Positions 1 to 12,784 of a DNA stretch of 64,000 bases are shown here, in pieces. The stretch's first letter is position 1. Each line of letters opens with the position of its first letter. Origin of the DNA: Lama guanicoe (lineage: Eukaryota). Under the pieces are notes generated by a model. It searched no databases, was not told the origin of the DNA, and saw nothing but the letters and a program-made list of their open reading frames with translations. A program made the position numbers and the translations under genes. The stretch covers positions 6,685,220 to 6,749,219 of the forward strand of contig MU054323.1 in NCBI GenBank assembly GCA_013239625.1, given 5' to 3'.

Positions 1-429
1 CATATAACTAGCATGTTTCTAGTCCACTAAAGGATTAGTATTAATCTATGAGGTCAATAGGACCTGGACTAAAACCAGCTCTATCTGGGCAATAAAAGTT
101 AAATGTTGTCTTAATCTTCATTTAAAAAAACCTGTTCAAAACATGTTCATTTAATTGGAGTCAGTCTATGATTGGCATTGTACTTTGGGAGTAAAGGAAC
201 TTTTGCTTAAATAGCTAAAGTAAATGGATTTCAAAGAGGCTGTGTCGGGTTCAGGAAGCAATTCTAACTAATAAATCTTTGCCCCATATTAATGGTTCCT
301 GGGGGTAGAGGGTTGGTTGGAGTTAAGGAAGTGGACCTGTTTAGGAAACACAGGTGGAGCCAGAGAGGTGTTAAAAATGACTAGAGAAGAGAAGACTAAT
401 TGGGAAAGATAAAAGTGGGTTAGGAGAAC

Positions 430-1225
430 ATGAAAAGATGATCAGCATCACTAATCATTAGGGAAATGTAAATCAAAACTACGAGATACCACCTTACACC
501 CATTAGGATGGCTACTATTAAAAAACAGAAAACAACTAGTGTTGGTGAGGATGTGGAGAAACTGGAACCCTTGTGCATTGTTGTGGGGATGTAACACAAT
601 ACAGCTGCTGTGGAGAACAGTACGGACGTTCCTCAAAAAGTGAAAAATAGAATTACCATATGACCCGGCAATTCCACTTCTGGGTATATACCCCAAAGAA
701 TTGAAAGTAGGGTCTCAAAGAGATATTTATACACATATGTTGATAGCTGCATGATTCACAATAGCGAAAACGTAGAAGCAACCCAAGTGCCCAACAACAG
801 ATGAATGAATAAGCAAAATGTGGTGTGTTCATATGATGGAACATTACTCAGCCTTAAAAAAGAAGGAAATTATGTAATATGCTACAACATGGATGAATCT
901 TGAGGACATTATGCCAAGTGAAATATGCCAGTCACAAAAAGATAAATACTATATGATTCCACTTATCTGAGGTACTTAGAGTAGTTAAAATCATAGAGAC
1001 AAAATAGAATGGTAGTTGTCAGTAGCTGGGGGATGGGGAGAATGGGGAGTTAGTGTTTCATAGGTAAAGATTTTCAGCTTTACAAGATGATAAGAGTTAT
1101 GGGGATGGATGGTACTGATGGCTGCCCAATGGTGTGAATGTATTTAATACACTGAACTGTACATTTAATAACAAGGTGGTAAATTTTACATTATGTGTAT
1201 TTTAACACAATCAGGAAGAAAAAAA
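430..1225 (+). mobile_element. L1 3' fragment (ORF2 C-terminus + 3' UTR, L1MA/L1MB-like)
   Basis: Typical L1 ORF2 end (agggaaatgtaaatcaaaac, acattactcagccttaaaaaagaaggaaat) followed by a 3' UTR ending in an A-rich tail. Confidence 0.85.
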
Positions 1226-1369
1226 GCACATTATAACTGTTTTGGCAAGTGATTATGAAAGTAAAGAGTAAAAAGCCAAAGGGTCTTACTTATGAAGTAG
1301 TCTCACCCTAGAAAAGTTCTTTCTTTAGCATTTGTGGATGGCAGTATAAATAATGCCTTAAATTTCACC

Positions 1370-1740
1370 CATCATTCAACAAAATCTCTAAACTGCCTGT
1401 CCTGAGGATGCTTAAAAGTTAATTAAGACACTGGGCTGCAGATTGGGTGGGGGGCTGGAAGAAGGAGATGCAGGTGTTATTAACAGTTGAAGCAGTGGAA
1501 GCAAAAGGAAGTCGGTCTAAGTGAGAAGAGAGGCAGGGAAAAAATACAACCTGGAGGATATCAACATTCTATGGCTCTGTAGAAAAGGAGCAGCAAAGAA
1601 AAGTGCTAGCAAAGGTAAGTTCAGAAGACAGATAAAGACAGAGGAGAAGGATGTAGAATACAGTATCAATTGCTGCAGAGAGGCCAAATGGTGGGGGGAC
1701 TGAAGGATCTGCTGGGCCTGGCAATCAGCAGTGACTAGAG
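1370..1740 (-). mobile_element. Degenerate L2 fragment
   Basis: catcattcaacaaa terminus followed by purine-rich L2-antisense-like sequence. Confidence 0.4.
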
Positions 1741-2689
1741 TGTAGCCCCAATAGGAGACAGTATTACCTATACAAGTGGCTCATTTGTAGGCATCTTCAC
1801 ACAGCCTAGATTAGACTAGCTTGGGAGGTAAATCCTACAGAAGGGGATTAACCTGGTAAATGAGAGGTAGGTAGCTCCGGGTATTTTCAGGGATTATTGG
1901 GGGTGAGGACTCTGGACTAGAGATTCTGCTAAACCTGGTGAGGGCAGGAGTTAATGAAATGCATCAAGGGTCCCAGTAACAAGTCTTTGACAAGAATCAA
2001 ATGAATGAATATGTAAAGAATGAATATATGGTAAATGTGGGGTGTGGGCTAAAGGTTGTTTTATGAGCAGAACAGGAAAAGGGTGGTGATCTAGGGTATG
2101 GCAGTGAATGCCTGCAGGATTCAGTACCTGCCTTCTGGAGGAAGTTGCTTACTGCCTGTGAGGGCTGCCAGGGAGGGTGGTGTTTTGAAGCAAAGTCAGG
2201 TTTCAGTTAGGAGAAAGGTGTGAAGGCCTCAGGGATTTCCAGAGGTTGCTTTAGGGTATAAGACTCTGGAAGAGAAACAGGAAAATCCGGGAGACAGCAG
2301 TAGCAGGACAGGACTAGGGTAGGTGCAGGAAGCTACCTGGGAATAAAAGTGCAGGAAAGGATAGATGACTGTTTTACAAAGCAACTCTGCACCAGCGACT
2401 CATTCATCCTTAGGACAACTCGGGGAGAGAGCTCGGTATTATATCACTAGCCTCTGGAACGAGAGATGCTTTCCAGATAAGGCAATCGCGGCTCAGAAAA
2501 CCTGTTCAGCCGCTGCTTTATTCTTCTAGTGACAAGGAACACTCTACTTTTGGAAGGAGAACTTCCATTATAAATTTTTAAAAAGCGAGTAGAAAAGAAG
2601 AAAGGTGTGGGCCCCCTTGAGGGGAAAGCTCTGTCAATGACAGACATTTTGGGTAATTCATGGAATTGCAGAACCAGACGCGTCAGATA

Positions 2690-2895
2690 GACCTTTTCAT
2701 CTGTAAAATGAAAGGGGCAGATGATCTTTCTTTTTCCTTATCTAATAGCTTGTGAAATCATCCAGGCAACCACCTTCCAATTTTACAGAATAAAAACCGA
2801 GGCCCGAGGGATGTGTCTCGCTCAAAGTAATATAACAAATTAGAGGAGGGACAGGCCCAGAACCGACTCCTCCCGGGTCCAGTGGGCCTCTCGCC
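2690..2895. mobile_element. MIR fragments at CpG island edge
   Basis: ttcatctgtaaaatg and attttacagaataaaaaccgaggcccgaggg are MIR core motifs in opposite orientations. Confidence 0.55.
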
Positions 2896-3260
2896 GCTCC
2901 ACAACCTTCCCTGACAGATAAGACCAGCGGGAGGCTGCAGGCGGGGCGGCCTAGCTGAAAGCGCCCTGGGGTTCGAGGCAGCTTCCCGGCAACAGTCAGA
3001 GGAACGCCCCGAGGGGAGGGGAAGACTTAGGGCCTCCTTTCCCACACTTCGTTAGGACGCGGGCCGGGGCGGGACCGCGGCAGCCCTCCCTCGGGCCTGC
3101 GGCCGGCAGAGGGCGCGGGGCGGCTCCTCGCTCCACCGCCCGGCGGGCGGGGACCTGCCTGCCTCGGACGCGCCGGGGGAGCTCGCGGGCACCGGGTCGC
3201 GGCGGCCGGGCCGGGCGGAGGGCGCAGGGGCAGCGAAAGGGGGCGGGGCCGCGAGCGGGG

Positions 3261-3300
3261 GGCGGTGGCGGCGGCGGCCGAGGAGGAGGAGGAGGAGGAG
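3261..3300 (+). repeat. (GGC)n/(GGA)n trinucleotide tract near the presumed TSS
   Basis: ggcggtggcggcggcggccgaggaggaggaggaggaggag. Confidence 0.9.
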
Positions 3301-3632
3301 AACATGGCGGCCGCGGAGAGCGGCTGAAATGCCTGTTCTTCAGGCCAGGCGAGCGGGAGTCTGACGCGATTTGCCGAACCCTCCCCTCAGACGGCTGGAC
3401 CGCGGCCTCGAGCGCCTCGGCTGTCCTGTTCCCTGCTGCTCCCTCGAGCGGAGCCTGCGCCGGGTCCGTTCTGCATCCCCCTGCTGGGGGACCCCTGCTC
3501 CGGAGGAGGGGGCCGGAGAGCCGCGGCGGCGGCGGGCTCCCGGCCCGAGCAGCGGCGGAGGCCGCGGCGGTGCCGCCACGGTCGCGGGCGAGCGCGGCGC
3601 CCGTCAGTGCGGCCCAGAGGCGGCGGCGGCAG
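3280..3632 (+). other. NCOA1: Non-coding exon 1 (5' UTR), probable NCOA1; start approximate
   Basis: Inside the CpG island; ends at a consensus donor CAG|GTGAGT (GT at 3633). The ~350 nt size and pairing with a ~135 nt exon 2 match the recalled NCOA1 structure; gene identity is from memory. Confidence 0.7.
3301..3311 (+). promoter_or_regulatory. YY1-like motif (AACATGGCGGC)
   Basis: Fits the YY1 consensus AANATGGCGGC, just downstream of the presumed TSS. Confidence 0.55.
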
Positions 3633-6600
3633 GTGAGTGGCGAGCGGCGGGCGCCGAGCCTCCCGGTGGGTGCAGCTGTCACGAGCCGCGCGGCCGCCGA
3701 GGCCCTAGGGGGCGGGGAGCAGCTGGCGCCCCTCCGCCCCCCGCTCTCTTTTCTCTCCGTTCCGTCCCCCCTCCCACTTTCCCCGAGTTCTCCCTCGGCC
3801 TCGCGCGGCTGGAGGGGGCGGAGGTCGCAGCTGTCACGGGCACCAGCTGGGGGGCTGCGCCGCGGAGGGGAACTGCTGCAGCAGCGACTTCTCTGCCCCC
3901 TTTCCCAGTTGCCCTAGTTAGAGCGGACAGGGCGAGCATCCGCGGAGGGTGCGCGAGGCTCGCGGCCGCCGGCCCGGCGTGGGGAGCGGCGCCCCGAGCC
4001 CGCGGGCGCTCCCCGCCGCCGAGAGGGGGAGCCGGAAGTCGGCGCGGCGCCCCTCGGCCCCGGCGAGCGCGGTGACCTTGGCAAGCGGGGTAACCTCTCC
4101 AAGTCTCGCCTGCCCGGACTGCGAAATGGGGATGACCATGGCGAGTTTTTCCGTAAGCGCAGCCTTCGACGGCGCTTCTGTTTACCCCGGCGCACTTGCT
4201 TTTTCCTTCTCCCGACGGGGAATTTTAAAGGCACAAATGGGATGGATAAGTGAGATTTTCCTGTTATGTCCAGGGTTTGGTCCCCATCGTAGAATTCTGC
4301 TGAAGGGACGTAGGAAGGGGAGCAAACATGTTGATTGGACGACTGAGGGGTCGGATGGGTTAATGGTCAGCGACAGAGAAATCGGACACCAGGGTCCCTA
4401 GTCCTTACTGCCCAGCTGTGGTGGTTCTTTCTTTCTTCCTTCCTTTCTTTCTCTTTTTTTAAGCAGTCACTCCCGTGGACTAGACACTGCCTCGTTTGAC
4501 GATGTTAGAGGGAGACGGAGGGTTTGACAATAAAGCCTATGTGTGTTACAAGGACAGTCTACGGTGCTGTGGCTGCAGAGTTTGTTGGGGAGGAAAACTT
4601 TAAGCTGGAGGATCCTTTAACCTTTCATGCTTGGCTCTCTTGGTTCGCTGTAGAGGCGTTGAAGAGGCAGGTGTCCTTGTGGAGAAGGTGACATTTTTTT
4701 TTCTTCTGAGACGGTGAATTTCTAATGTCGAGTATGGTGATGGTGAATGAAGGGTTCCTGAGTGAATTGCAGTCCCAGCACCCTCTGTTGATGCCAAGAG
4801 TAATCTCAGTGGTGATGATTTGTGAGGGCTGAGGCTTACACTTCAGTGATTAAGAAATCTTCAAGTGTCTGCTGCAGCGAAGCTTAGATTATATTGGACT
4901 GCTGAAAGGATGTATTTCAGGGGTTAAATTTGTTTGAGGTTTGTCTTCAGTTCTGGAATTGGTTGAAGGTTAGTCTCTTAAAAAAAAAAAAAAGTTGGCC
5001 AAAGGGGCCTCTCTGCCTTGTTTCACAGAAGCTGTGATGTAGGAAGGGGGTCAGATTTCTTCATGTTGAGAATAATGTGAAAAAAGTATTTGCTTGGGTC
5101 TTTTGGCTCTTGAACTAGAAATAGTTTTGGGTTAAAGGTAACAGTGGGATTTGATTCAACTTAATAAATGGGCATTCCTTGAACTGTTTGTCATAAACTA
5201 GATACAACTGCAAGTGTTTCTTTTTTGTCTCCTGTACTTCGTGGAAGGGTCTAATTTAGTTTTGTGTACTAGCATCTGAAATGATTTCCCTCTACTTTTT
5301 ATCCACATTTTATGCTTTGGGAACAATGGATCTAAAGGGGGGCCTGAATAGAGAGAGAATAAATGGTTTGGAGAGAAAATGCAGGGGTGCTGCTTATAAG
5401 AACAGGCATTTAGTTTTGATTTTTATAGACATTTTGCATTGATTATTTCATTTATTTAATTCACAATGCAGTTTGATTTTTAAGGTGCAAAACTTGAATT
5501 TTATAGTTTATAGTTAACCTCTTCCTCATTTCTTTCTGAGAAAATCTGTAGGATTGTGTCTATTAAGTTGTTTTTTGTGTCGTTTATGCCAAAAGAGTAT
5601 TTTAGATCTGCATTTTTGGGCAAGTGGTTTTATTGAAAAAAAGTACTTGATGGAACTAATGGTGATTGTTCTACTTAAACTGGGATTATATAGACAATGC
5701 ATTTTACTCCCTGTTTTCTGCCAACATTTGTTTTTCTTTCTCCTTCAATTCCAGGGTTTCATTTCTAGAAATCTGGGCTGGAAACAGAAGCAGCAGTTTG
5801 TATAATCCTAAGAACTTGCTTATGCCAGGAAACTGTAAGGGTAGCATGAAGTGGGTGTGGTATAAAGATACTGCGACTACTTAAGACAGTTTAACTGTTG
5901 AGGGAGTCTAGGGTCAAACTTTAAATTTTGTCGAATTTCCTGTTTTCTGTGTATGTGTTAATCTTTTGGTGGGCAGAGGATTGGGTTGCTATGGTGCTGA
6001 CTGGTATATGTTGTGAAAATGTTGGCAAAATTTCATGCTTTTACTCTATGGGAAGGGTGGTAAACAAGCTTAAATAATTTAAAGATGTTCCCAGGATGGA
6101 ATGTTCTCTTCATGTACTCTTGATCCTTCTAATCCAGTGATCGGTCTTCACCAGGACTAAATGTTGAGTAAGTAATGAGGGAGGTGTAGAGGTGCTAAAA
6201 GGTGGAGTGGGGAAGAAAAGATATTGGACGTTCCTTGAAAAATCTTTTCTCTATTGGATGTATGTCAGAATAAGATTTATCATTGGTTTTTAAAGGACAT
6301 TTTAGCCCTCTCTTTGTTGTCATCAATTTTACATACCTTCTTTTAGGGAGATACTACCTCTGCTCCTTACTTTAGTTTGTCTTTATTTCCCTATCCCCCA
6401 GGGGCTCCACATTGTTTGAATATGTTACATATTTTTTGAAGTTGGTTGGTCTTAAACCATATGGCCTAAAATAGGTTTCATTTTAGGGCAAGTATGGGAG
6501 GTCAACATGCACACACACCACTAAGTAGAATCCCCTAAGCCATGGGGCTGAGGAGATTCCCCAGGTTGTTCATTATTGTCTTGGCAGCGATTTTTATTCT

Positions 6601-7739
6601 CTACGTGTGATAATCACCAGAGTTCTCAGAGGGCCATGGACTGTTTTCGTGGCAGAAGTCCAAAAACATGTGATGGGCTCCTTTTTTACATTATCTGCAA
6701 ATATTGGGTGCAGAGGAGAGTGTGGGATTGGGTGAAACACATGTGTTTCATGAGTTGACTGACAGAACACTGTATCCAGTCTGGGCTGCAGACCCATACG
6801 GATTTCTCCCAACCTTGTACAACTTTCCTATGATTTGGACAGACTAGGCTGTAGGAAAGGACTTCTTTATTGCTTCTCTCCCAGGTTAACTAGCTTAGCC
6901 CTTGGTCACTGAGGATGGATCTTGTGGTCTCTGACCTCTTTTCTTACTATTGGAGGTGAGATCTAGTCATTTCAAGCCTTCCCTTCTCCCTTCTTATTTT
7001 AGTTAGACTTTGTGCCTCTCTCTCAACATATGGGGTCAGAGGTCATAAAATGGCCTAATGGCAGCAGCATACCATTCCTGGTTGCTTAGTTTAAGGAGGA
7101 GGTGCAGGTTTTTTCCTGTAGTTTAACTCTGGATGATGTTTTGTGGGTCAGTATTTGGATTAACACAGAAATGATTATATTTCTGCAAGATACATGGTTG
7201 AATAAGGAGAATTATTACAAAACACTAACACCAACATTTAAGTCCAGTTCTAGAAGTGCAAGAGGAGTGGGTTGTTGTATCCATGCTTCCTCCATTCTGC
7301 CATCTGCAACACAGTATTTTTGAGGCTCTTTGAAATGACAGGCTTTTAGAAAAGCTCAGTATAGTTATCATACTCCAAAGATAAATAGTTTATGCCAAAA
7401 CAAAGGCTATAGTCACTGGAGGAGTTGTAGAAGACTTCAAATTAATCAGTCTAGTCACCCTCATTTTAGATATATTTTGATTTAACTCTCCTCTTGGTGG
7501 CAGGGAGGTGGGGTAGGAGAGAGATTGGGCTTTACTTAGAAGTCCTGGACCTGACTGTTGGAAACAGACAGACCAGACCCATAACAATGGATGCAAAATA
7601 GATGCAAGCACAGAGGCAATGTATACCTATTAACAGAACCAGAATTCTAAGAACACCAGCAGCAGATTATCCAGTGTTTCCAGAGTGATACTTCAGTTTT
7701 GCCTTTTGGCTTGTAATTTTGAGGCAGTTTTTAAGCTTC

Positions 7740-7970
7740 TTGTGGGGCTGGATGTTTGACTTCAGGCAGGGGATGGTGTCCTGGCTCTTCTACTTGATAG
7801 ATGTAACCTTGGGCTAGTTTTTTAACCACACTGCAGGTTTTCATGCTTAAAATTGGAGTAATGTACTTACCCTCATATTGTTGTGAGCTTTAAATTAACT
7901 TATTATATTAAATGAAAAGATATGTCTAGCATAGTGATTGGCACGTAGTAAAACTTTAATCACGTTTTCT
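7740..7970 (+). mobile_element. MIR
   Basis: taaccttgggctagtttt...aaaattggagtaatgtacttacctcatattgttgtgag...tctagcatagtgattggcacgtagta. Confidence 0.7.
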
Positions 7971-9139
7971 ACATTTCCATAACCTAAACACATCACTATC
8001 TAATCTGTCACCAAATTATCTGATTCTTTTCCTTGCAGTTTCTTGGATTTCCCCCTTTATTTCTGCCTCTACAATCTGGTCCTCCTGTCATTTTATACTT
8101 GGAGTAACTAGCGTCACATCAACTTTGTGGGCTTGAGTTTCTTTATCTTTAAATGAACATATTGGTCTGATTTCAATTTCTTTTTGTGCTGAAATTCTAT
8201 GATTTGTAGGTTTATTGCCTGCATGCATTTGCCTCTCTAATTCACCCTACGTATAAATACTGAAAAATTCTTTTCTGAAATATTTTTTGATGGTATTGTT
8301 TTTAGTGGAGACTCTCTGAGGACAAATTTATCACATGTAAATCACTTAAACTGTTCTTGTATTTCTCATTCCAGAAAGTTTGCTGCAGATGGCATATGTA
8401 GGAATGCTTTTAAATTGTAAAGTGCTACAAGTGAAGAAAGCATTATAATCACCTGTAGATATCTTGCTTCTTTGATTTTACATGTTTTCTTTATTTAAAT
8501 TGTATTTCCTTTTGCTTTATTGTTTGACCTTCAAAAACAGTCAAAGCCAATGTGTTCTCTAGAAAGCTTGATTTTTATCATACTCTCTTCACATCAATTA
8601 CTGTTTGTTCTGTATAATAAATTTTTGTCTTCCTTTCGTTCTTTTTTTTTTTTTTGAAAGAAATTCTCTTTTTATTGTATGTTGAATTGGTTTTCCTAAT
8701 TAGGTTAGAAAGTCCTTGAGATGGCATGAACCACAACATTTTGAGCAAGGGGGTCTTAATAGTAATTTTGGACAACCTCGTTAATATTACAGATAAGAAG
8801 ACTAAGGCCAGGCAAATTTTAGTAATTTCCATGGGTTACATGGTGTCTTTATTTGGGTAAGAACTCAGGTATTTGGCTCCCAGTCTTCTTTATGAGAGTC
8901 ACTTTTTATATTTGAAAGTTATTACAAAGTGATTTAAAATTTTAAGAATTTTACTAAGATTTTGAGTAATGTATAAGTTAGGAGGAATGGTGTATTTTTG
9001 TTTTTTGGTCAAAAAATGACTTCGAATATTGTAATATTATAATTAATCAGGAATTAATTAAGGCTGGCTGCTGTCTCAAAAAGTACAAAAGTGCGTGAAG
9101 AGAAATGTCTGTTGTTCTTGTATGGCCCTCATTCAGGGT

Positions 9140-9330
9140 CAGTAAATATTTACCCAGTACTGTCTCCGAGACACACTGTACCCAGGTACTGTGCCTTCTC
9201 TACATGCTACATTTTATGAAGGAGGAAAGAAGGCTCAGGGAAGTTAAATGGCTGGTGTAAGATTGCACAGCTTGGAGGTATTAGGGATGACATTTAAGTA
9301 CAGGTCTTCTGACCTGAAATCACAAGCATA
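9140..9330 (-). mobile_element. MIR
   Basis: cattttatgaaggaggaaagaaggctcagggaagttaaatggc. Confidence 0.6.
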
Positions 9331-10091
9331 CCTCTAAATTGGCTTCTTTCCAAGCATGTTGGCCACACTTGGCCACGTTGTAGCCCTGAATTACTTTCTG
9401 GACTCCTCTCAGTTGTCTACATGTGCAGGAGAGACTCTTGCAGTCTTCATTGCTTTCTGATGGTCCAGGAGCCATATATACTAGTTACTTAATGAAAGTA
9501 TCACTTTAAGATTTTCATGCTGTTTCTAATCTCACCTTTGTACTTTAGTAATGTTGATTCTTTGGTACTTCTGTCTGGGTTAAATTTATCTTTGAATGAT
9601 TGGTTTGGATTCTTAACAATAAAATTCTGCCTCTCAAGTTTTGTTTGTATTTAAGTAGCTAAAGCTTAGGGTATTTTTTTCATGTGGAATAAATTGCTTG
9701 GTCATTCTCTGTGTTTCCACTTATATTTTAAATGGTTGATCTTACTCTGATAGCAATAATATGTTACATCTTACATTTAGTTTGCCTATGTGGTTGAAAT
9801 ATTTACATACTTCTATTATCAAGCATGGATTTGATTGTTTAACAGTAGAAGATATTCTGTTGTGAGTATGTGTGTGTATATATACAGATATCACACCGTA
9901 TTTGACCAGACAGTTGAAGGATGAAATGTCTTTGCCTTTTGAAAGCACCTGTATATGTAATACTGGCTTTCCTTTGCTGAATTTGTTTGGAGGAAACCAG
10001 GGAAAAGACATTTGTTCTGCAGAGTCTTAAGTCTTACTAGCCTCTCCATTCCACATGGTACAGGAAGTCTGTAATCGAATTTCTAAGTAGC

Positions 10092-10650
10092 CACTCATTC
10101 ATTCAACACATAGTTACATGAGTACCTACTTTGTTCAAGGTGCTGTGTTGTTAAAAGATAGGGAAGTTAAATGGTAAGATATAGATCCTGTTCTTAAAGA
10201 GATTATGACCTCAGAGGGGTGATAAGATGAGCACACAAATACCTATATTACTAATTAAATGTGATGAGTACTATGAGAGGTACTGAAATAGTACTTTGAG
10301 GATTCAGGAAAGGGAGCAAATATTTTCACTTGAGAGGGATCAGGATGGGTTTTGTGGAGGGCTTGGTGGTGGACAGGAACGTTGAAGGCAGGGGATGATT
10401 TTTGTATGAGTAACGGGGAGGGGAGCAGTATATTCAGGAAGATTAAATAGCAAAGATGAAAGGACAGAAAAGTTTGGGGTTATTTTGGGAGTAATGAAGA
10501 GGGGAAAGTGCAATGAGGAGTGTGGCACCAGCCGAGGAGGGGGAGGGAACCAGATGTTCTAGGTGCAGTTGTAAGATGTTGAAGGATTTTAATGGAGCAA
10601 GGTGGCAGGGAACAGTGAAGTATGTGGAACTAGATGAAAGTGAGAAGTGC
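10092..10650 (-). mobile_element. L2 3' fragment
   Basis: cactcattcattcaacaca...gagtacctactttgttcaaggtgctgtg is the L2 3' terminus in antisense. Confidence 0.7.
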
Positions 10651-11531
10651 CAGTTTTCCAAATTTATGTGGATCTTTTTTTGGCAGGTTTTACACCCCAA
10701 ATTTTATATTTTCATAGTTTTTGAAATGATTCCATATGTAAGGCTTACCACACTGGGAACTTACTCATTTTTATGTATATTTGAGAACAGACTTTTTTTT
10801 TTTTTCGATAGGAGTTAGTACAAAATCTTTTTTTACTGGCTTATACTTTTTTTTTTTTTAAGCTGTAGCAGTTTCTTTAAACAGTGTGTTATCATTTGGT
10901 GCTCTTAAGATGATGCAGCGGACTTGTTTTTCAAGTGTAAAAATGTCATCTCCTTACATAAATACATGTCACTGTAAGTTAGATTGGTCATGCAAGTTGA
11001 AAGCCCCTGGCTCTCAGTATAGTTCATGATTTATTTACTGATTTATTTATGTCCTGTAATGTTCCAAAAAGGATTTAAGGGAGGATATGTCATGAAGAGT
11101 CTTGGACCTTGTTCCAGCCCTATTATTTGACTGAACTGCTGGCCAGCATGACACTGAGGGAACAGTGTTGAAGACAACTGGTGTCACAGAATGTGCTGCA
11201 GTTGTGTCTTTTGCCAAACTGGTAATACTTCAGAGATGGATACAGTGTAATTAGAGTACATTTAAAGATAACTCATTTAAACTTTGGTAGCATGCAAGGG
11301 AATTTGGTTGGTATGCACTAATCGGAGAGCTTTGACTCTTGGGAACCCAGGCACATTTAGAGCAGTAGTCTCTACAGTAGAGTTTACATAAAATTATCTG
11401 GAAAATGGGAGAAATATTAGAGATCTTTTAAGGAAGTTTATTTACTTTCAATCTGCTATGATATTTTATAGTTTATAGGGGTCTGAATAATTGGATTTTT
11501 AGGCTTGTTATTTTAAATAGTAGACTCTTAA

Positions 11532-11579
11532 AATTTTTTGGAGGGGAAGGAATTTGGTCAGTTGGTTGGTCTGTCTATC

Positions 11580-11637
<58 letters not shown>

Positions 11638-11716
11638 TTTAATGGAGGTACTGGAGATTGAACCCAGGACCTGGTGCTAAGCACACACTCTATCACTGAG
11701 CTACACCCTCCCGACC
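11532..11716 (-). mobile_element. tRNA-derived SINE (camelid Vic-1-like) with TSD
   Basis: Reverse strand reads gggagggtgtagctcagtgatagag...ggttcaatctccagtacctcca (A/B boxes); TSD TAGTAGACTCTTAA at 11518-11531 and 11722-11735. Confidence 0.9.
11581..11636 (+). repeat. (TCTA)14 microsatellite within the SINE linker
   Basis: Perfect tetranucleotide run. Confidence 0.95.
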
Positions 11717-12784
11717 TTAAGTAGTAGACTCTTAATACACCTTATATTGCAGTAGGGAATCACCATGCAGATCTTTTGTAAAATATTTCATGTAGGTTGA
11801 CTGGTTATCTTAAGGCAAAGGACTTAAGAATTGTCTAATTTAAAGACGACTTATTAATTTTTCTTTTGCAAAACACAGATGTCCCAGATTTGCTGGCATT
11901 TTCTCTGACAAGTATCTGTGAGTAGTGTACTACCTAGCAGCTATTTATGAAAAATAAACCCACTTAATTTGTTCTTTCAGGAAACAAAACTCAGTGTTAT
12001 TGAAAATGAATATTTGGAACTATTGCTATCATTATTGGATTTAATTGCTAAAAACGATGTGTGTTAACTTTAAGAATGTTTTTATATTAACACTTGAACT
12101 TGGAAACAATATTTTTAACCTGTATGAAAACCTTGTAAAAGACGTACTTCAGTGGTTTTAGTCCATCTACTGAAAATATAAAAAAGGCAATACTATATGA
12201 TTAGTTAGTAAGAACAACTGATTGTCATTGGGAAATATGGAAATGCACTGTCAATTTCACTGAAAACCTTTGCATAAATGGTGAATGGGATTGAAAATTG
12301 AATATTGTGTTTTATTTAGTGTAGCTAGTGATGCAGTTCTTCCCTTTGGTTTTACTCATCTTTGTGAAGTATGTTTTTGACTATGATAACCATTAAAACC
12401 AAGTAAAATAGTTACTTGTAAAAATGAATTGAGTTTAGAATCAGACTTTTGAGTTGCTTTATTACAAAATGTGAGAGCAAAATTAAAAATCAATAATGTT
12501 CAGTCACATTACTCTCACCAAAAATAGTGGTAGTATTAATAACTATTAGGAAGAACACAAAGCTGTGTCATCAATAGGTAAATTAAATGTTTAAAAATTG
12601 CTTATTTTATTATAGTAAATGTCATTCTTTTAAACTTCCATTTTTTGTATGCTTTATAAGGCACATGCTTTATTGGTCTAGTGTGCAGTGTGTATAAATT
12701 GTAAATAAATACACATATATGGCTTCCTATTCAAAACTTTTTAACTATGGGGTATATGATAAAAATAATTAACCACCGTTTTAT

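Larger units (their letters stand above)
2870..4220. promoter_or_regulatory. CpG island promoter
   Basis: Very GC- and CpG-rich ~1.3 kb within AT-rich, CpG-poor DNA; GC boxes (e.g. GGGGCGGGGC at ~3240-3249); no obvious TATA box. Confidence 0.95.

Noticed and set aside
2758..4401. Long overlapping ORFs (e.g. 234 aa at 3371-4075, 228 aa at 2996-3682) in the CpG island
   Set aside because: Stop-poor GC-rich DNA with low-complexity R/A/G/P translations; 3371 starts at TTG and runs through the splice donor
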